Assembly (NCBI RefSeq): GCF_009914755.1
Contig: NC_060934.1
Reading direction: 5' to 3' (one strand)
Source of the DNA: the human T2T-CHM13v2.0 reference genome, Homo sapiens
Length of the DNA stretch: 64,000 nt
Shown here: one piece after another, positions 44,800 to 62,359 of the stretch
How positions within the stretch are numbered: the first letter of the stretch is position 1
Layout of the letters: each line of letters begins with the position of its first letter
Made by a program: the position numbers and the translations under genes
Notes under the pieces: model-generated
What the model was told of the DNA's origin: nothing
Database searches by the model: none
What the model saw: only the letters and a program-made list of their open reading frames with translations

Positions 44800-46882
44800 A
44801 GTCTTTTGGTGCTGGAATAATTTTATACTCTTAATAGTTATATTGAGGATCCAGAGAGCCTTTGTTTGTGCTGGTTATCGCTGTTGATGTTTTCTATATT
44901 TGAAATTAAAACAGAACAACTTACAATATTTATTTTACTTTAAAAGAATCTACTACATGTTAACATAACCTTTTTAATGAGAAACAACTTTTCAAAAACA
45001 AAAAGATTAAGCAAGAAGAACAGTGTTGTTTTACACTTTTGCACATCCTTTTAAAATATGAGGTTTAAGAGGTGACGGCTGGATTCTCAGACCTGCTTCT
45101 GCATTCCGTGTGTTCCAGTTGCTTTATTGAAATGTGTAAGGAAAATGTGGCGTCACACTTCCATGTGGGCAGAAGAGGGGTCATCCTGGAGGCTCTTAGC
45201 GATGCACCATAACTCGCCAGGTGGCAGCGTGTTTGAGTGTGCCGGCCTTTCGGAGTCAGTGACGTTTCTGTACTCTCTTCCGTCAGAACCCTGAGGTCTG
45301 TCTTGTGCTCAGAGTGGGTCTTTTGCTCATGGACATGATTTGGTAACATCACACGGGGGTTGTTTGGAAATATTGTTACATGGAGTTGTTTTTTTTTCTA
45401 AATGTTAACACATTCCATTATGTAAACTTGAAGAAAATCCTATTTTTTAATGTCATCACTGATCTCATCAGAAGAAAAAGTGAGAAACTGTCAAATTAGC
45501 AGTAGTAGAGAAAAGTTTTCCAAAATTCTAATTTTCTCTTGAAAGCTTGGATTTTATCATTGGTAACAAATACTGTCAGTTACTTTCTGTGAAGTGAGGG
45601 ACGCAGTGTGTTCATTTTCAAGTCAATTTCTGCCAGATACCAAATTCTTAATAACCAAAGTTGGTCAGTTGTTCTTTCAAATAAAAATGGCATTCCATGA
45701 AAAAAAGGGCTAGTTCAGCTTGTGTGATACTGTGGAATATGTATTTGGTCTTCCCTAGTACACAACTCCTAAAATCCTCGGGCTCGTCAGTGATGTCTTC
45801 GTAATGCGTTGGCTAAGGGCCGGCAACCCCTGGGTAGCTTCAGAACAGGGGCTGGTCACCAGAAAGACCTAGGCAGGATTAGAAGGTTGGGACTTTCAGC
45901 CCCGATCCCCAACCTCGGGGAGTGGTGAGGGGTGGGGGAGCTGAAGGTTAAGCTGATCACCAGTGGCCAAACAGTCTTGCCTATGTATGGACTGGGTTTG
46001 AAGATAGCTTCCAGATGTTTCTGGAGGGGGGCCCACCCAGAGAGGACACGGGAGCTCTGTGTCTCAGCCCCCATCCCTCGCCCTGTGCATCACCTCTGTG
46101 TCCTCTGTAGTCTCCTTTATAATAAACCGCTAAACTAAAGTGTTTCCCTGAGATCTGCGTGCTCAGTGACGGTTGTGGACACTCTGATTGATAGCCAGTC
46201 AGTCAGAAGCACAAGTAACACAACCTGAGGCTTGCCGTTGGCTCTCGAAGTGGGGGGCAGTCTTGTGGGACAGAGCACTCAACCTATGGGATTTGATGCT
46301 TTCTCCCAGCATCAAGATTTAATGGAATCAGGACCCCAGCCAGTGTCCGGCTGCAGAACTGACTGCTTCCTTGCTGCTGGGGAGAGGTCCCCACACCTCT
46401 GGTGTCCTAAGTGTGCTGTGAGGATGTGATGGGAGAAACTGAATTTTGTTTTTTGTTTTTCAACCCCAACAACTGTACCGTGTGCTTTTTCTTGAGACAG
46501 TTGTACTTGGGGATGCAGCAAAAGTTCTTTTGTGGCACATTTTATCACAGGGTTGGAACTGAATAAAGTGGTGAATTATTTTAACTGTTCATCAGGGAAT
46601 AAGCTAAGCAAAACTGGCCTTTTTCCTTTTTCTTTCCCTTTTCCCTGCCTGTGCAGGGCGTGGAGAGGAGAGCTCGGGGCTGCTGCCACAGATCGTGCTG
46701 AGCCGCCAGCAGCTCCACCTGCCCTTGGCTTTGCTCATCCGTGGAAATGACAACAGCGTGAAAACGGCAGATGATGTACAAGGATTATGATGAAAATAGT
46801 CTTGACCTCACGGACCCTCTGAGAGGTTCTTGAGGACCACTGCACCCTCAAGGGCCCACAGACCGCACTTTGAGAACTGCTG
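44800..46882. mobile_element. Charlie1-like hAT transposon relic split by an LTR
   Basis: ttgttttacacttttgca...ggattctcagacctgcttctgcattc; terminal gaccgcactttgagaactgctg. Confidence 0.55.
45723..46470. mobile_element. MER21-like LTR
   Basis: ggggctggtcaccagaaagacc...gattagaaggttgggactttcagcccc...gatcaccagtggccaa. Confidence 0.7.
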
Positions 46883-47294
46883 CTTGAATGCAAGCTATTA
46901 GCAGTAGGAGTGTCAAGGACAGGGCAGACTTCAGGATTAACTGTTCCTTCTCATCTTTACCAGATTGTACTGGTTTTGTCTCAAAATACAAAAATAGAGT
47001 GTTTATTATGTAAAGAAAATCAAATGATAGAACAGCTGAGAACAGCTGGATCAAGAGCACAGAGCGGAAGTTCCTCTTCATCCCACTGCTGTCCTGGAGT
47101 CTTCCTCAGGACCCACTGCTCCTAACTGTATCTTTGTAGATCATTTTCTATGTGTTTATTTATTTATATTTTAAAACCTAGTTTGTGTATAAGCAATCTT
47201 TTTTAATCCACAAATGTGGAATCTTATTCTAGACTTTGAATAAGATTTTCTGTATTAGTCAGTATTGTTTTTTGCTACTTCTTTTCCTTTCCTT

Positions 47295-47584
47295 TCCTTT
47301 TTTGGAAATAGGGTCTTACTCCTCTGTCACCCAGGCTGGAGTGCAGTGGTGCGATCAGAGCTCACTGCAGCCTGATCAGGCTCAAGCAATCCTCTCCCTG
47401 CTCAGCCTCCTGAGTAGCTGGAACTATAGGCTTGCACTGCCATGCCCAGCTTTTTTCTATTTTTTGTAGAGACAGGGTTTTGCTGTGTTGCCCAGGATGG
47501 TCTTGAACTCCTGGACTCAAGTGATCCTCCCACCTCGGCCTCCCAAAATGCTGGGAATACAAGCATGAGCCATGGCATGTGGCC
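47295..47584 (-). mobile_element. AluJ-like
   Basis: Antisense dimer. Confidence 0.9.
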
Positions 47585-48129
47585 GCCACTTGCCTTTTTT
47601 CATTAAGAGTCTATAATTGGAGATCTTACAGGGAACTGGGCTTTCTGCTCAGCCATACTTGAGCTCATTTGACCCCCGGCCACTGCCCCTTGAGATGTAA
47701 GTACTACTGTGTTGCCTTCATCATACACATGAGACGATCAAGTATCAGGAAGATGAAGTTACTTGGTGAAGGTCTCAGAGCTAATAGGTGCTATACCCAT
47801 TATTTGCATGCAGACATTCTGAGTCCAGAGCCCATACTTAAGTTTTTAACCAGGCTGCCTTTTTATGTGGCTCATTTTATCCTTTTTGATGGCTGCATAG
47901 TATTCCCTTAGTTATTTAGTCCACTGTTTCTAATGACAGTGCAGGAGAGTCTCGTCCATCCTTCTGCCCTTCCTGGGTGGCAGACATCCAGGAGTGGGTA
48001 CACGGTGTCAGAGGCTGTGCACATTTCTTGTTTCTATTCTGTGAATTGCTTTGATTACATCTTTTGTCCATTTTTCTGCTGAACTTAAAAAAGTCAGTCT
48101 GTAAAAGTGGTTTTTTTGGTTTGTGTGTT

Positions 48130-48452
<323 letters not shown>

Positions 48453-48699
48453 TGAATATTAGTCTCCTGAGTTTTTAAAAATTGTTGACCTTGAGTTTTA
48501 ATTCCTCTGCCCCCATTCCACACTCTCCTCTCCGAGTACAGCTGAATTTATTATACATGTGTCTTTGACTAGATTTTTTGTATTGCTGTTGCTACTCTGG
48601 AAATGAAGAAAAAGGGCTGAGATCCATGTTTGGGTCAGTAATGGGGTGGAAGAGGAATAATGTGTGGGACAAAAGGCGATTGGTGAATTGAACTGAAAT

Positions 48700-48870
48700 A
48701 TCATGTGAGGCTTAATGATGGGGGTGGATATTTTCTGAGCAATGTGTCGTTAGGCGATTTTGGCATGCGAGCATCTGAGAGTACACTTACCAAGCCCAGG
48801 TGGTAGGGCTCACTCCGTTACAGGCCTCCATTATTGTCTCATGGGAACGCCATGGCAGGTGTGGACTGTC
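48700..48870. mobile_element. TcMar-Tigger remnant (Tigger3/4-like)
   Basis: ttctgagcaatgtgtcgttaggcgattt...gagtacacttac. Confidence 0.5.
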
Positions 48871-49182
48871 AGGAGTTTAGAGCTCAGAGGCAGGGGCAAC
48901 CATGAAAACAGGCAATCCTGGAGTAGTGACAGAAGTCTTGCTAATGATGTTAGATATCTCAGAGCATGAAAGAGACTTGAGCTTATTTTATCTGGATCTC
49001 CAGAGATGATAAAACCACAACTAAAATAGGAATGCAGCCGTGTGAAGACACAGGCTGTGCTGATCTTTTTCTGTATCGTGCACAACACCTACCACTGCAC
49101 CGGCACACAGGAAGGGCTTTTATGAATTCTTGGGTGAGTCACCATACCTGCCTGAAAGGGGCAGCAGGTTTGCTGATAATTA

Positions 49183-49465
<283 letters not shown>

Positions 49466-51460
49466 AAAGACATTCTAATTAAAGCAATAATAATGTTCCA
49501 TTTTTCCTAGTCATTTCTGGAAGGAGTGTCTGTACACTCATTTTTTGGAGGGTAATTTGACATTTCTCTCTCAAACTTAACACAAGGGTTAGGACCCCAA
49601 GGTTCCACTTGTAGGAATCCTACAGGAAATAGGCCAGCATTTCAGAAAGATGTGCACTGCAGTGATACAACGTTGAAAACACTAAATGCCTAAAAGTAGT
49701 GAGGCGGTTACATGTGTTAGAACACACACTTTGTGGAGTAAGAGTGTTCTGGGCCCCTCGGAGAGCAGTCTGTGACACATTGGGTGAAAACAGCAGCTTT
49801 TGCAGAAGAACGGTGACCCCAGGCGAAGCTGAGTGTGGTTGTAAATGCTGCTCTGGAAAGCAGATATCCAGGGGTGACATCGGGGGTGCCTGTGGGGAAA
49901 GGGTGGTCACGCCTCACTGAACAGAGACTTTGGCTTTTATTCTGCACATTTCTGTATTATTTTATGTTCCACACCAAGAATGCATTGTTTGTAGGTATAA
50001 GGAGAAAAGTGCCCTTAAGAAAAGGTAAAGAGGGAGTTCTAGCAACTCGAAGGAGGAAGGTTTTTCTCTCCGTGCACCCCTAATAGTGACTCAGCACTGC
50101 TTAGCACCCCACCTTCTGTTGTGCTCCGGTTTTCTGGAATTTTAATGGTTTTAGGCTGCCATTTTGTCATGTTTGAAAATACCTTAAATTTTTTTTTTTT
50201 AATTTCAATAGTTCTGTTCCAGAATCTAGAATGGCGAAGTAGTATCCCTAAAAGAGTATTCATTACAAAAGCTCTAGTACATAACTAGATTTAAAAGAAA
50301 GCAAAACAAAAACTCAGCTAGTAATAATGATTGAAAAGGGGGGATTCGTGCCTTACGTGTACCAGTGCGTTTGTAAACGTTCCTGGCTTTCGTAGGCATT
50401 GAAGGCTGCGTCTCAGCTTTGCTCCCGTCCTTTGCAGTAACCTGTGTACGGGAGGCTCCGTTGTTTGCCACCTCACATTGGGATAGGTTGCTTTTAGAAT
50501 AAATAATTATGTATTATTTGCATAAAATAAATAAACACCCACATACTCCACACTTAACAACGGTCCATCTTGTTTTGGGTTTTTGAAGAGATGAAGGCTA
50601 CGGTCATGTTGAGGCTGTCCATCTCCGTTTTAACTCCCCAACTCCGTTGCCCGCACTCCTTCCTCACTGGAGGCACTGTCTGTGAAATTGGTTCATAGCC
50701 TGTCCCTGCTCTTGAGTGTTTATCCAAATAGATCCATGGGTTGCCTTTTATCAGACAGAGGCCGATGGGGAATTGCAGCTCTGCCGTGGCCGCGCTTCTC
50801 CAGCTCCCTGCAACTTTGTCAGACCCTAGAGATCTGTTCAGTGTCACAGGTCACATTTCTTAGATGTTGACTTCGTTTATGGTAACAGATAGATGTTGTT
50901 AAAGGCATCTGAAATATTAGATAATCGTTGAAGTAGTATTAACCAAAATTATTAATCTCCTCTGCCATAGAGCCCCGGTTAAGTTCAGGTGTGTAATAGT
51001 GATCTTAAAATGGAGAGAATGAGAAAGTTTTTACTTTAACCATTCTCAATTTGCTTACTGTTCATTAAAGAATTCAGTAGTAAAAGGCGTAATCTATTTG
51101 GATTATGAAGGTATCAGCATACGGCTTTCTGTGTACGCCCTAAAGTACTGATCACAGTCAAATATGTCGTAGGTAAAATAGTAACCATAGAAATCCATTA
51201 AATGTCTGCTGCTGGGTTATTTAAAAAGTAGATGGAACCTTTCTCTGGCCACGCGCCCTGATAACCTCCGTGTTCCCCGCAGGACAGGCTGTGGTGGAGG
51301 CGCACACACAGCACCCAGAGGCGGGCTCTGTGGAGTTCGCATCTGTATGTCAGCAACTTAGGGTGGTTTGGGCCATGTTTCACTTGACCTACAGAGAGAA
51401 ATGTGACACCCAGGTTGGCATAGATTGGGATTTTTTTTTTTTTTTTTTGAGGTCTAGGAA

Positions 51461-54400
51461 TTTTTTTTAATTGTGGTAAAATATACATGGCATAATATTT
51501 ATCATTTTAGCCGTTCATAAGTGTACAGTTGCGTGGTGGTAAATGCACTTACAGTGTTGTGTAGCTATCACCACTACCTGTTCCCAAAACAACTTCCTCA
51601 TTACCAACACAACTTTGTCCTATTAAACAATAACTCCCCTTCTCCCCTTCCCCGGCCCCTGGCGACCACCATTCTACTTTCTGTCTCTGAATTTGCCCAG
51701 TCTAGGGACCTCAGGCGGGTGGAATGACACAGCGTTTGTAGGGACCTCAGGCGGGTGGAATGACACAGCGTTTGTAGGGACCTCAGGCAGGTGGAATGAC
51801 ATAGTGTTTGTAGGGACCTCAGGCAGGCGGAATGACACAGTGTAGGGACCTCAGGCGGGTGGAATGACACAGTGTTTGTAGGGACCTCAGGCGGGTGGGA
51901 TGACACAGTGTAGGGACCTCACGCAGGTGGAATGACACAGTGTTTGTAGGGACCTCAGTCGGGTGGAATGACAGTGTTTGTAGGGACCTCAGGCGGGTGG
52001 AATGACAGTGTTTGTAGGGACCTCACGCAGGTGGAATGACACAACGTTTGTAGGGACCTCAGGCGGGTGGAATGACACAGCGTTTGTAGGGACCTCAGGT
52101 GGGTGGAATGACACAGTGTAGGGACCTCAGGTGGGTGGAATGACACAGTGTAGGGACCTCACATGGGTGGAATGACACAGTGTAGGGACCTCAGGCGGGT
52201 GGAATGACACAGTGTTTGTAGGGACCTCACACGGGTGGAATGACACAGTGTTTGCAGGGACCTCACGTGGGTGGAATGACACAGTGTAGGGACCTCAGGC
52301 GGGTGGAATGACACAGTGTTTGTAGGGACCTCACACGGGTGGAATGACACAGTGTTTGCAGGGACCTCACGTGGGTGGAATGACACAGTGTAGGGACCTC
52401 AGGCAGGTGGAATGACACAGTGTTTGTAGGGACCTCACACGGGTGGAATGACACAGTGTTTGCAGGGACCTCACGTGGGTGGAATGACACAGTGTAGGGA
52501 CCTCAGGCGGGTGGAATGACACAGTGTAGGGACCTCAGGCGGGTGGAATGACACAGTGTAGGGACCTCAGGTGGGCGGGATGACACAGTGTTTGTAGGGA
52601 CCTCAGGTGGGCGGGATGACACAGTGTTTGTAGGGACCTCAGGCGGGTGGGATGACACAGTGTAGGGACCTCATGCGGGTGGAATGACAGTGTTTGTAGG
52701 GACCTCAGGCGGGTGGAATGGCAGTGTTTGTAGGGACCTCAGGCGGGTGGAATGACACAGTGTAGGGACCTCAGGCAGGTGGGATGACACAGTGTTTGTA
52801 GGGACCTCAGGCGGGTGGAGTGACACAGTGTTTGTAGGGACCTCACGTGGGTGGAATGACACAGTGTAGGGACCTCAGGCGGGTGGGATGACACAGTGTA
52901 GGGATCTCACGTGGGTGGAATGACACAGTGTTTGTAGGGACCTCAGGCAAGTGGAATGACAGTGTAGGGACCTCACGGGGGTGGAATGACACAGTGTAGG
53001 GACCTCACATGGGTAGAAGGGCACAGCGTTTGTAGGGACCTCAGGCGGGTGGAATGACACAGTGTTTGTAGGGATCTCAGGCGGGTAGGATGACACAGTG
53101 TAGGGACCTCACGCGGGTGGAATGACAGTGTTTGTAGGGACCTCAGGCGGGTGGAATGACAGTGTTTGTAGGGACCTCACGCAGGTGGAATGACACAGCG
53201 TTTGTAGGGACCTCAGGCGGGTGGAATGACACAGCGTTTGTAGGGACCTCAGGTGGGTGGAATGACACAGTGTAGGGACCTCAGGCGGGTGGAATGACAC
53301 AGTGTTTGTAGGGACCTCAGGCGGGTGGAATGACACAGTGTTTGTAGGGACCTCAGGCAGGTGGAATGACACAGTGTAGGGACCTCAGGCGGGTGGGATG
53401 ACAGTGTAGGGACCTCACGCAGGTGGAATGACACAGTGTAGGGACCTCAGTCGGGTGGAATGACAGTGTTTGTAGGGACCTCAGTCGGGTGGAATGACAG
53501 TGTTTGTAGGGACCTCAGGCGGGTGGAATGACAGTGTTTGTAGGGACCTCACACGGATGGAATGACACAGTGTAGGGACCTCAGGCGGGTGGAATGACAC
53601 AGTGTTTGTAGGGACCTCAGGCGGGTGGAATGACACAGTGTTTGTAGGGACCTCACGTGGGTGGAATGACACAGTGTAGGGACCTCAGGCGGGTGGAATG
53701 ACACAGTGTAGGGACCTCATGTGGGTGGAATGACAGTGTAGGGACCTCAGGCGGGTGGAATGACACAGTGTAGGGACCTCACGTGGGTGGAATGACACAG
53801 TATAGGGACCTCAGGCGGGTGGAATGACACAGTGTTTGTAGGGACCTCACGTGGGTGGAATGACACAGTGTAGGGACCTCAGGCGGGTGGAATGACACAG
53901 TGTTTGTAGGGACCTCACACGGGTGGAATGACACAGTGTTTGCAGGGACCTCACGTGGGTGGAATGACACAGTGTAGGGACCTCAGGCGGGTGGAATGAC
54001 ACAGTGTTTGCAGGGACCTCACGTGGGTGGAATGACACAGTGTAGGGACCCCAGGCGGGTGGGATGACACAGTGTAGGGACCTCAGGCGGGTGGAGTGAC
54101 ACAGTGTTTGTAGGGACCTCAGGCGGGTGGAATGTCAGTGTTTGTAGGGACCTCAGGCGGATGGAATGACACAGTGTAGGGACCTCACGTGGGTGGAATG
54201 GCACAGCGTTTGTAGGGACCTCAGGCAGGTGGAATGACACAGTGTTTGTAGGGACCTCAGGCAGGTGGAATGACACAGTGTTTGTAGGGACCTCAGGCGG
54301 GTGGAATGACACGGTGTAGGGATCTCACGTGGGTGGAATGACACAGTGTTTGTAGGGACCTCAGGCGGGTGGAATGACACAGTGTTTGTAGGGAACTCAG

Positions 54401-56545
54401 GCGGGTGGAATGACACAATGTAGGGATCTCACATGGGTGGAATGACACAGTGTTTTTAGGGACCTCACACGGGTGGAGTGACACAGTGTTTGTAGGGACC
54501 TCAGGCGGGTGGAATGACAGTGTTTGTAGGGACCTCAGGCCGGTGGAATGACACAGTGTAGGGATCTCACGTGGGTGGAATGACACAGTGTTTGTAGGGA
54601 CCTAACGCGGGTGGAGTGACAGTGTTTGTAGGGACCTCAGGCGGGTGGAATGACACAGTGTTTGTAGGGACCTCAGGCGGGTAGGATGACACAGTGTAGG
54701 GACCTCACGCGGGTGGAATGACAGTGTTTGTAGGGACCTCAGGCGGGTGGAATGACACAGTGTTTGTAGGGACCTCACACGGGTGGAATGACACAGTGTT
54801 TGTAGGGACCTCACGCGGGTGGAATGACACAGTGTGGGGACCTCACGGGGGTGGAATGACACAGTGTAGGGACCTCAGGCGGGTGGAATGACACAGTGTA
54901 GGGACCTCACATGGGTGGAATGGCACAGCGTTTGTAGGGACCTCAGGCGGATGGAATGACACAGTGTAGGGACCTCAGGCGGGTGGAATGACACAGCGTT
55001 TGTAGGGACCTCAGGCGGGTGGAATGACACAGCGTTTGTAGGGACCTCAGGCAGGTGGAATGACATAGTGTTTGTAGGGACCTCAGGCAGGCGGAATGAC
55101 ACAGTGTAGGGACCTCAGGCGGGTGGAATGACACAGTGTTTGTAGGGACCTCAGGCGGGTGGGATGACACAGTGTAGGGACCTCACGCAGGTGGAATGAC
55201 ACAGTGTTTGTAGGGACCTCAGTCGGGTGGAATGACAGTGTTTGTAGGGACCTCAGGCGGGTGGAATGACAGTGTTTGTAGGGACCTCACGCAGGTGGAA
55301 TGACACAACGTTTGTAGGGACCTCAGGCGGGTGGAATGACACAGCGTTTGTAGGGACCTCAGGTGGGTGGAATGACACAGTGTAGGGACCTCAGGTGGGT
55401 GGAATGACACAGTGTAGGGACCTCACATGGGTGGAATGACACAGTGTAGGGACCTCAGGCGGGTGGAATGACACAGTGTTTGTAGGGACCTCACACGGGT
55501 GGAATGACACAGTGTTTGCAGGGACCTCACGTGGGTGGAATGACACAGTGTAGGGACCTCAGGCGGGTGGAATGACACAGTGTTTGTAGGGACCTCACAC
55601 GGGTGGAATGACACAGTGTTTGCAGGGACCTCACGTGGGTGGAATGACACAGTGTAGGGACCTCAGGCGGGTGGAATGACACAGTGTTTGTAGGGACCTC
55701 ACACGGGTGGAATGACACAGTGTTTGCAGGGACCTCACGTGGGTGGAATGACACAGTGTAGGGACCTCAGGCGGGTGGAGTGACAGTGTTTGTAGGGACC
55801 TCAGGTGGGTGGAATGACACAGTGTAGGGACCTCATTCAGGTGGGATGACGCAGTGTAGGGACCTCAGGCGGGTGGAATGACACAGTGTTTGTAGGGACC
55901 TCACACGGATGGAATGACACAGTGTTTGTAGGGTCCTCAGGCGGGTGGAATGACAGTGTTTGTAGGGACCTCAGTCGGGTGGGATGACACAGTGTAGGGA
56001 CCTCAGGCGGGTGGAATGACACAGTGTTTGTAGGGATCTCACACGGGTGGAATGACAGTGTTTGTAGGGACCTCACGCGGGTGGAATTACACAGTGTTTG
56101 TAGGGACCTCACGTGGGTGGAATGACACAGTGTTTGTAGGGACCTGACGTGGGTGGAATGACACAGTATAGGGACCTCAGGCGGGTGGAATGACACAGTG
56201 TTTGTAGGGACCTGACGTGGGTGGAATGACACAGTGTAGGGACCTCACACAGGTGGAATGACACAGTGTAGGGACCTCACGCGGGTGGAGTGACACAGTG
56301 TAGGGACCTCAGGCAGGTGGAATGACACAGTGTTTGTAGGGACCTCACGTGGGTGGAGTGACACAGTGTAGGGACCTCACGCGGGTGGAATGACACAGTG
56401 TTTGTGGGGACCTCACGTGGGTGGAAGGACATAATGACATAGTGTTTGTCCACTTGTGTCTGGCATATTTCACTACACATGATGTTTCAAAGGCTCAGCC
56501 ATATTGTAGCATATGTCAGAATTTCATTCCTTTTTTTGGCAGAAT
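51461..56545 (-). mobile_element. L1MA/L1MB-like 3' end (antisense) hosting the VNTR
   Basis: Left flank ttttaattgtggtaaaatatac...cccctggcgaccaccattctactttctgtctct. Right flank tgtctggcatatttcact...tgtagcatatgtcagaatttcattcctttt continues the same element. Confidence 0.85.
51703..56448. repeat. Intronic VNTR with mainly 32/34/36-bp units (~4.7 kb, roughly 135-140 units)
   Basis: Unit TAGGGACCTCAGGCGGGTGGAATGAC(AC)AGTG(TTTG) with a variable central segment (GGCG/CGTG/CACG/GGCA). Confidence 0.98.
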
Positions 56546-56609
56546 TAGATGTGGATTTTTGATGTAGGAGGTACGTTTCTAACCTACTTTTGTTTATTTA
56601 AAAAATTAT

Positions 56610-56905
<296 letters not shown>

Positions 56906-58229
56906 GAAACAGGAATCTCAGGGTTGTGTGTGTTTCTAATAAATGTTAATAGAAGATGAATTTCAGGAACAAGTTATTGGGAGAGAAACATTAGCAGCTT
57001 TGTTTTGCTAATATGATGGGCTAGGTTCAAGGATCATTTCCTAAAGTTTGAGATGTGCTTTTCCCCTTTTGATACCAGCTCTCAGAGTGATGATCGTTTC
57101 TGTATAGGCAAGGGAAATACTTGTCACTGCTTTCTTGCTAGTTTGACTGACTCTGAAATACTTAAAGATAGTTGTATTTGTTGTTGCATGTCTAGATCTG
57201 CCACGGGGGAGAGGCCAGAGAGGCTTTGCTGACGTGCAGGGAGTGACCGGGGGAATGTCCCAGCCTCACTTTGCAGGTGCAGTTGAGAAGGCACCATGAG
57301 TAAAGGCGCTGCCCCACGCACCCAGGGTCCTAAGGCTTCGGCAGTTAAGAGTTCATCCGTTGCCATTTGATGAGGGCTCTGGGAGTCAAAAGGCTTCCCT
57401 GAACAAGGAACCCTTGAGCTCAGATGCAAATAAGGGATGGGCCTGGACCGGGATGGGGGATGGGAGGAGCCTGCAAAGGGGAGAGAGGGTGGGAGGACTT
57501 GACATGGGAGAAGAACAGGCTGGGGCAATGGGGTGTGAAAGCAAAGGGAGTAAGATGAGCATTTTGGTCTTTACTAAGGGCAGTGAGGATTCAAAACAGC
57601 ATGGTTGGATTTGAGTTTAAAAAATAGAACTCACTGGCTGCAGTGTGCGGAGGTGGGCTGGAATCCATTTTTGCTCAGTTGGGGAGAGTGTATTTTTAAT
57701 TTTCCAAAGTGACTATGTTGGTGATTGTGTCAGAGCCCCTGGCCTGTCGTTGGTGGTTATAAAGCGCTTTTGATTTGCCTGTAAATCAGAGTCTACCATG
57801 GCTCACATAGTTATTTGCAAAAAGAACTTCTAAGCATGAAATTGAGCATAAAATTGCCTAGGAGTAATTCAGTTTGCTTAATATGTTTGAGAGAAAGGTT
57901 AATATATTCAGTCAGACAGCCTTTTGTTTTTGGATAAAGACGTTCTCATTTTTCAGCATGGCATGAGGGAAATAGCCTGGAATATTCTCAGTAAATCAGA
58001 TTTTCCTTGAAAAGAGTGGCCCTACCTCTCATAGACTTCAACGGCAGTGGTTTAATATGGTTCCCAAATTCTGAAGTCTTCTGAAATTTGTTAGACAAAG
58101 CAAGACTTAACGATCACAGCATGATGCAAATACTAATTTTCCGAGTAAAACACAATAAAAGATTGACCGTTTCTCTCTCATGTCATTTACGTATGTCTAT
58201 GACTGTGAGAACTAAAGTGGCCGTATTTA

Positions 58230-58708
<479 letters not shown>

Positions 58709-58959
58709 ATTATCTGTCAATTTTTTTCTTAAAAAAAATTGGAAAGTAGCCAAAAAGAAAACAAAGTCCCTTTAGGTTTAAATAGGAAAATGAATTTAGT
58801 AATTTGTGGAAAACAAATTTATATCAGATTTTTGTTTGTTGGTTATTTTTAAAACTTGGAATAATTTAGTCTACTTTTAGAGTGTATTTGAGAATGGTTG
58901 CAAGTTGTGAGGCCCTTTTAGTGACTTGATCCATTTGTTTTTATGGGGTAGTTTTACTT

Positions 58960-61460
<2,501 letters not shown>

Positions 61461-61632
61461 ACTTCTCATATTTCAAAAATATTGTTTGTTCCTGTAGCAG
61501 AGAAATTTTTAGTTCTTTCTGACTTCTGTATTTTAGAATAATTTGCCACAAACTTTTTTTTAGTGCTTAAGTGACTAGAAAGTAGTATGCAGAATTTTCT
61601 ATTTTGTCACATTTTATCCAGTCTAGTCATAA

Positions 61633-62102
61633 TGATGCAAGATTTTTTTTGCTCCTTAGTTCAGCTAAATTCAGCTTCTTGTCTTGCAACCAGGAAAAAT
61701 TAGGCATGCGGATACATTGAAGGGTGAGGAGGCAGAATTTATTAAGCAAAAGGAAAGCTCTCAGCAAAGATAGGGATTCTCCAAGCAGGTTTCCCCCTCA
61801 CAAATTGAATACGAGGCCACCACGCAGAGGTTGAAGAAGCCAGGCCCCTCCCCAGCATAAGGTGCATATTCCTAGTGGCTCCGCCCCGTTTTTCAGCGCA
61901 CACACAGGCCCTTAGTCTGAGCCACTCCATGTTGATTTATTTCCCTTACTGGGCATGTGTTAAGGGACGGGATTTTTCAATGTGGGCATGTTTAGGCGAC
62001 TTCCCCCACCCCATGCACAATGACCTGGGCGGGGCAGAGATTCCCTTGGGACCTTTCCCTGTTTGCCTGTGTATTGCATTTGGCTGTCTCCTGCCTCTAT
62101 CA
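61633..62102 (-). mobile_element. ERV1 solo LTR (MER61-like)
   Basis: TGA...TCA termini; gctccttagttcagctaaa; near-TSD ataa/gtaa. Confidence 0.72.
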
Positions 62103-62359
62103 GTAATTCGGATAAACTCAATTTTGGATGCTTTTAGATTATAGTGTCTCTAGAGTCTTACTGGGTCTCGGACATAAATAGTTTTCCATTTTTTTAATAT
62201 ATGGTAGAGGCTTATAATTCACTTCTATTAGTTTATGTCTGGTTTTTGAACAGAATGGACTTTTTGCCTTTGGGTGAGCTTCTTTGAAAAGACACAGAAA
62301 CGTGTGTATATGTGTGTGCGTGTGCATCTGTGTCTGCTTGTAGAAAATTTCTTACTTCC

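Noticed and set aside
51703-56448. CRISPR-like array of ~32-36-bp repeats
   Set aside because: Units are head-to-tail with no unique spacers, there are no cas genes, and the DNA is primate intron.
51703-56448. HSATII/III satellite because of GGAATG
   Set aside because: There is only one GGAAT per 32-36-bp unit, and the unit is explained by L1 sequence.
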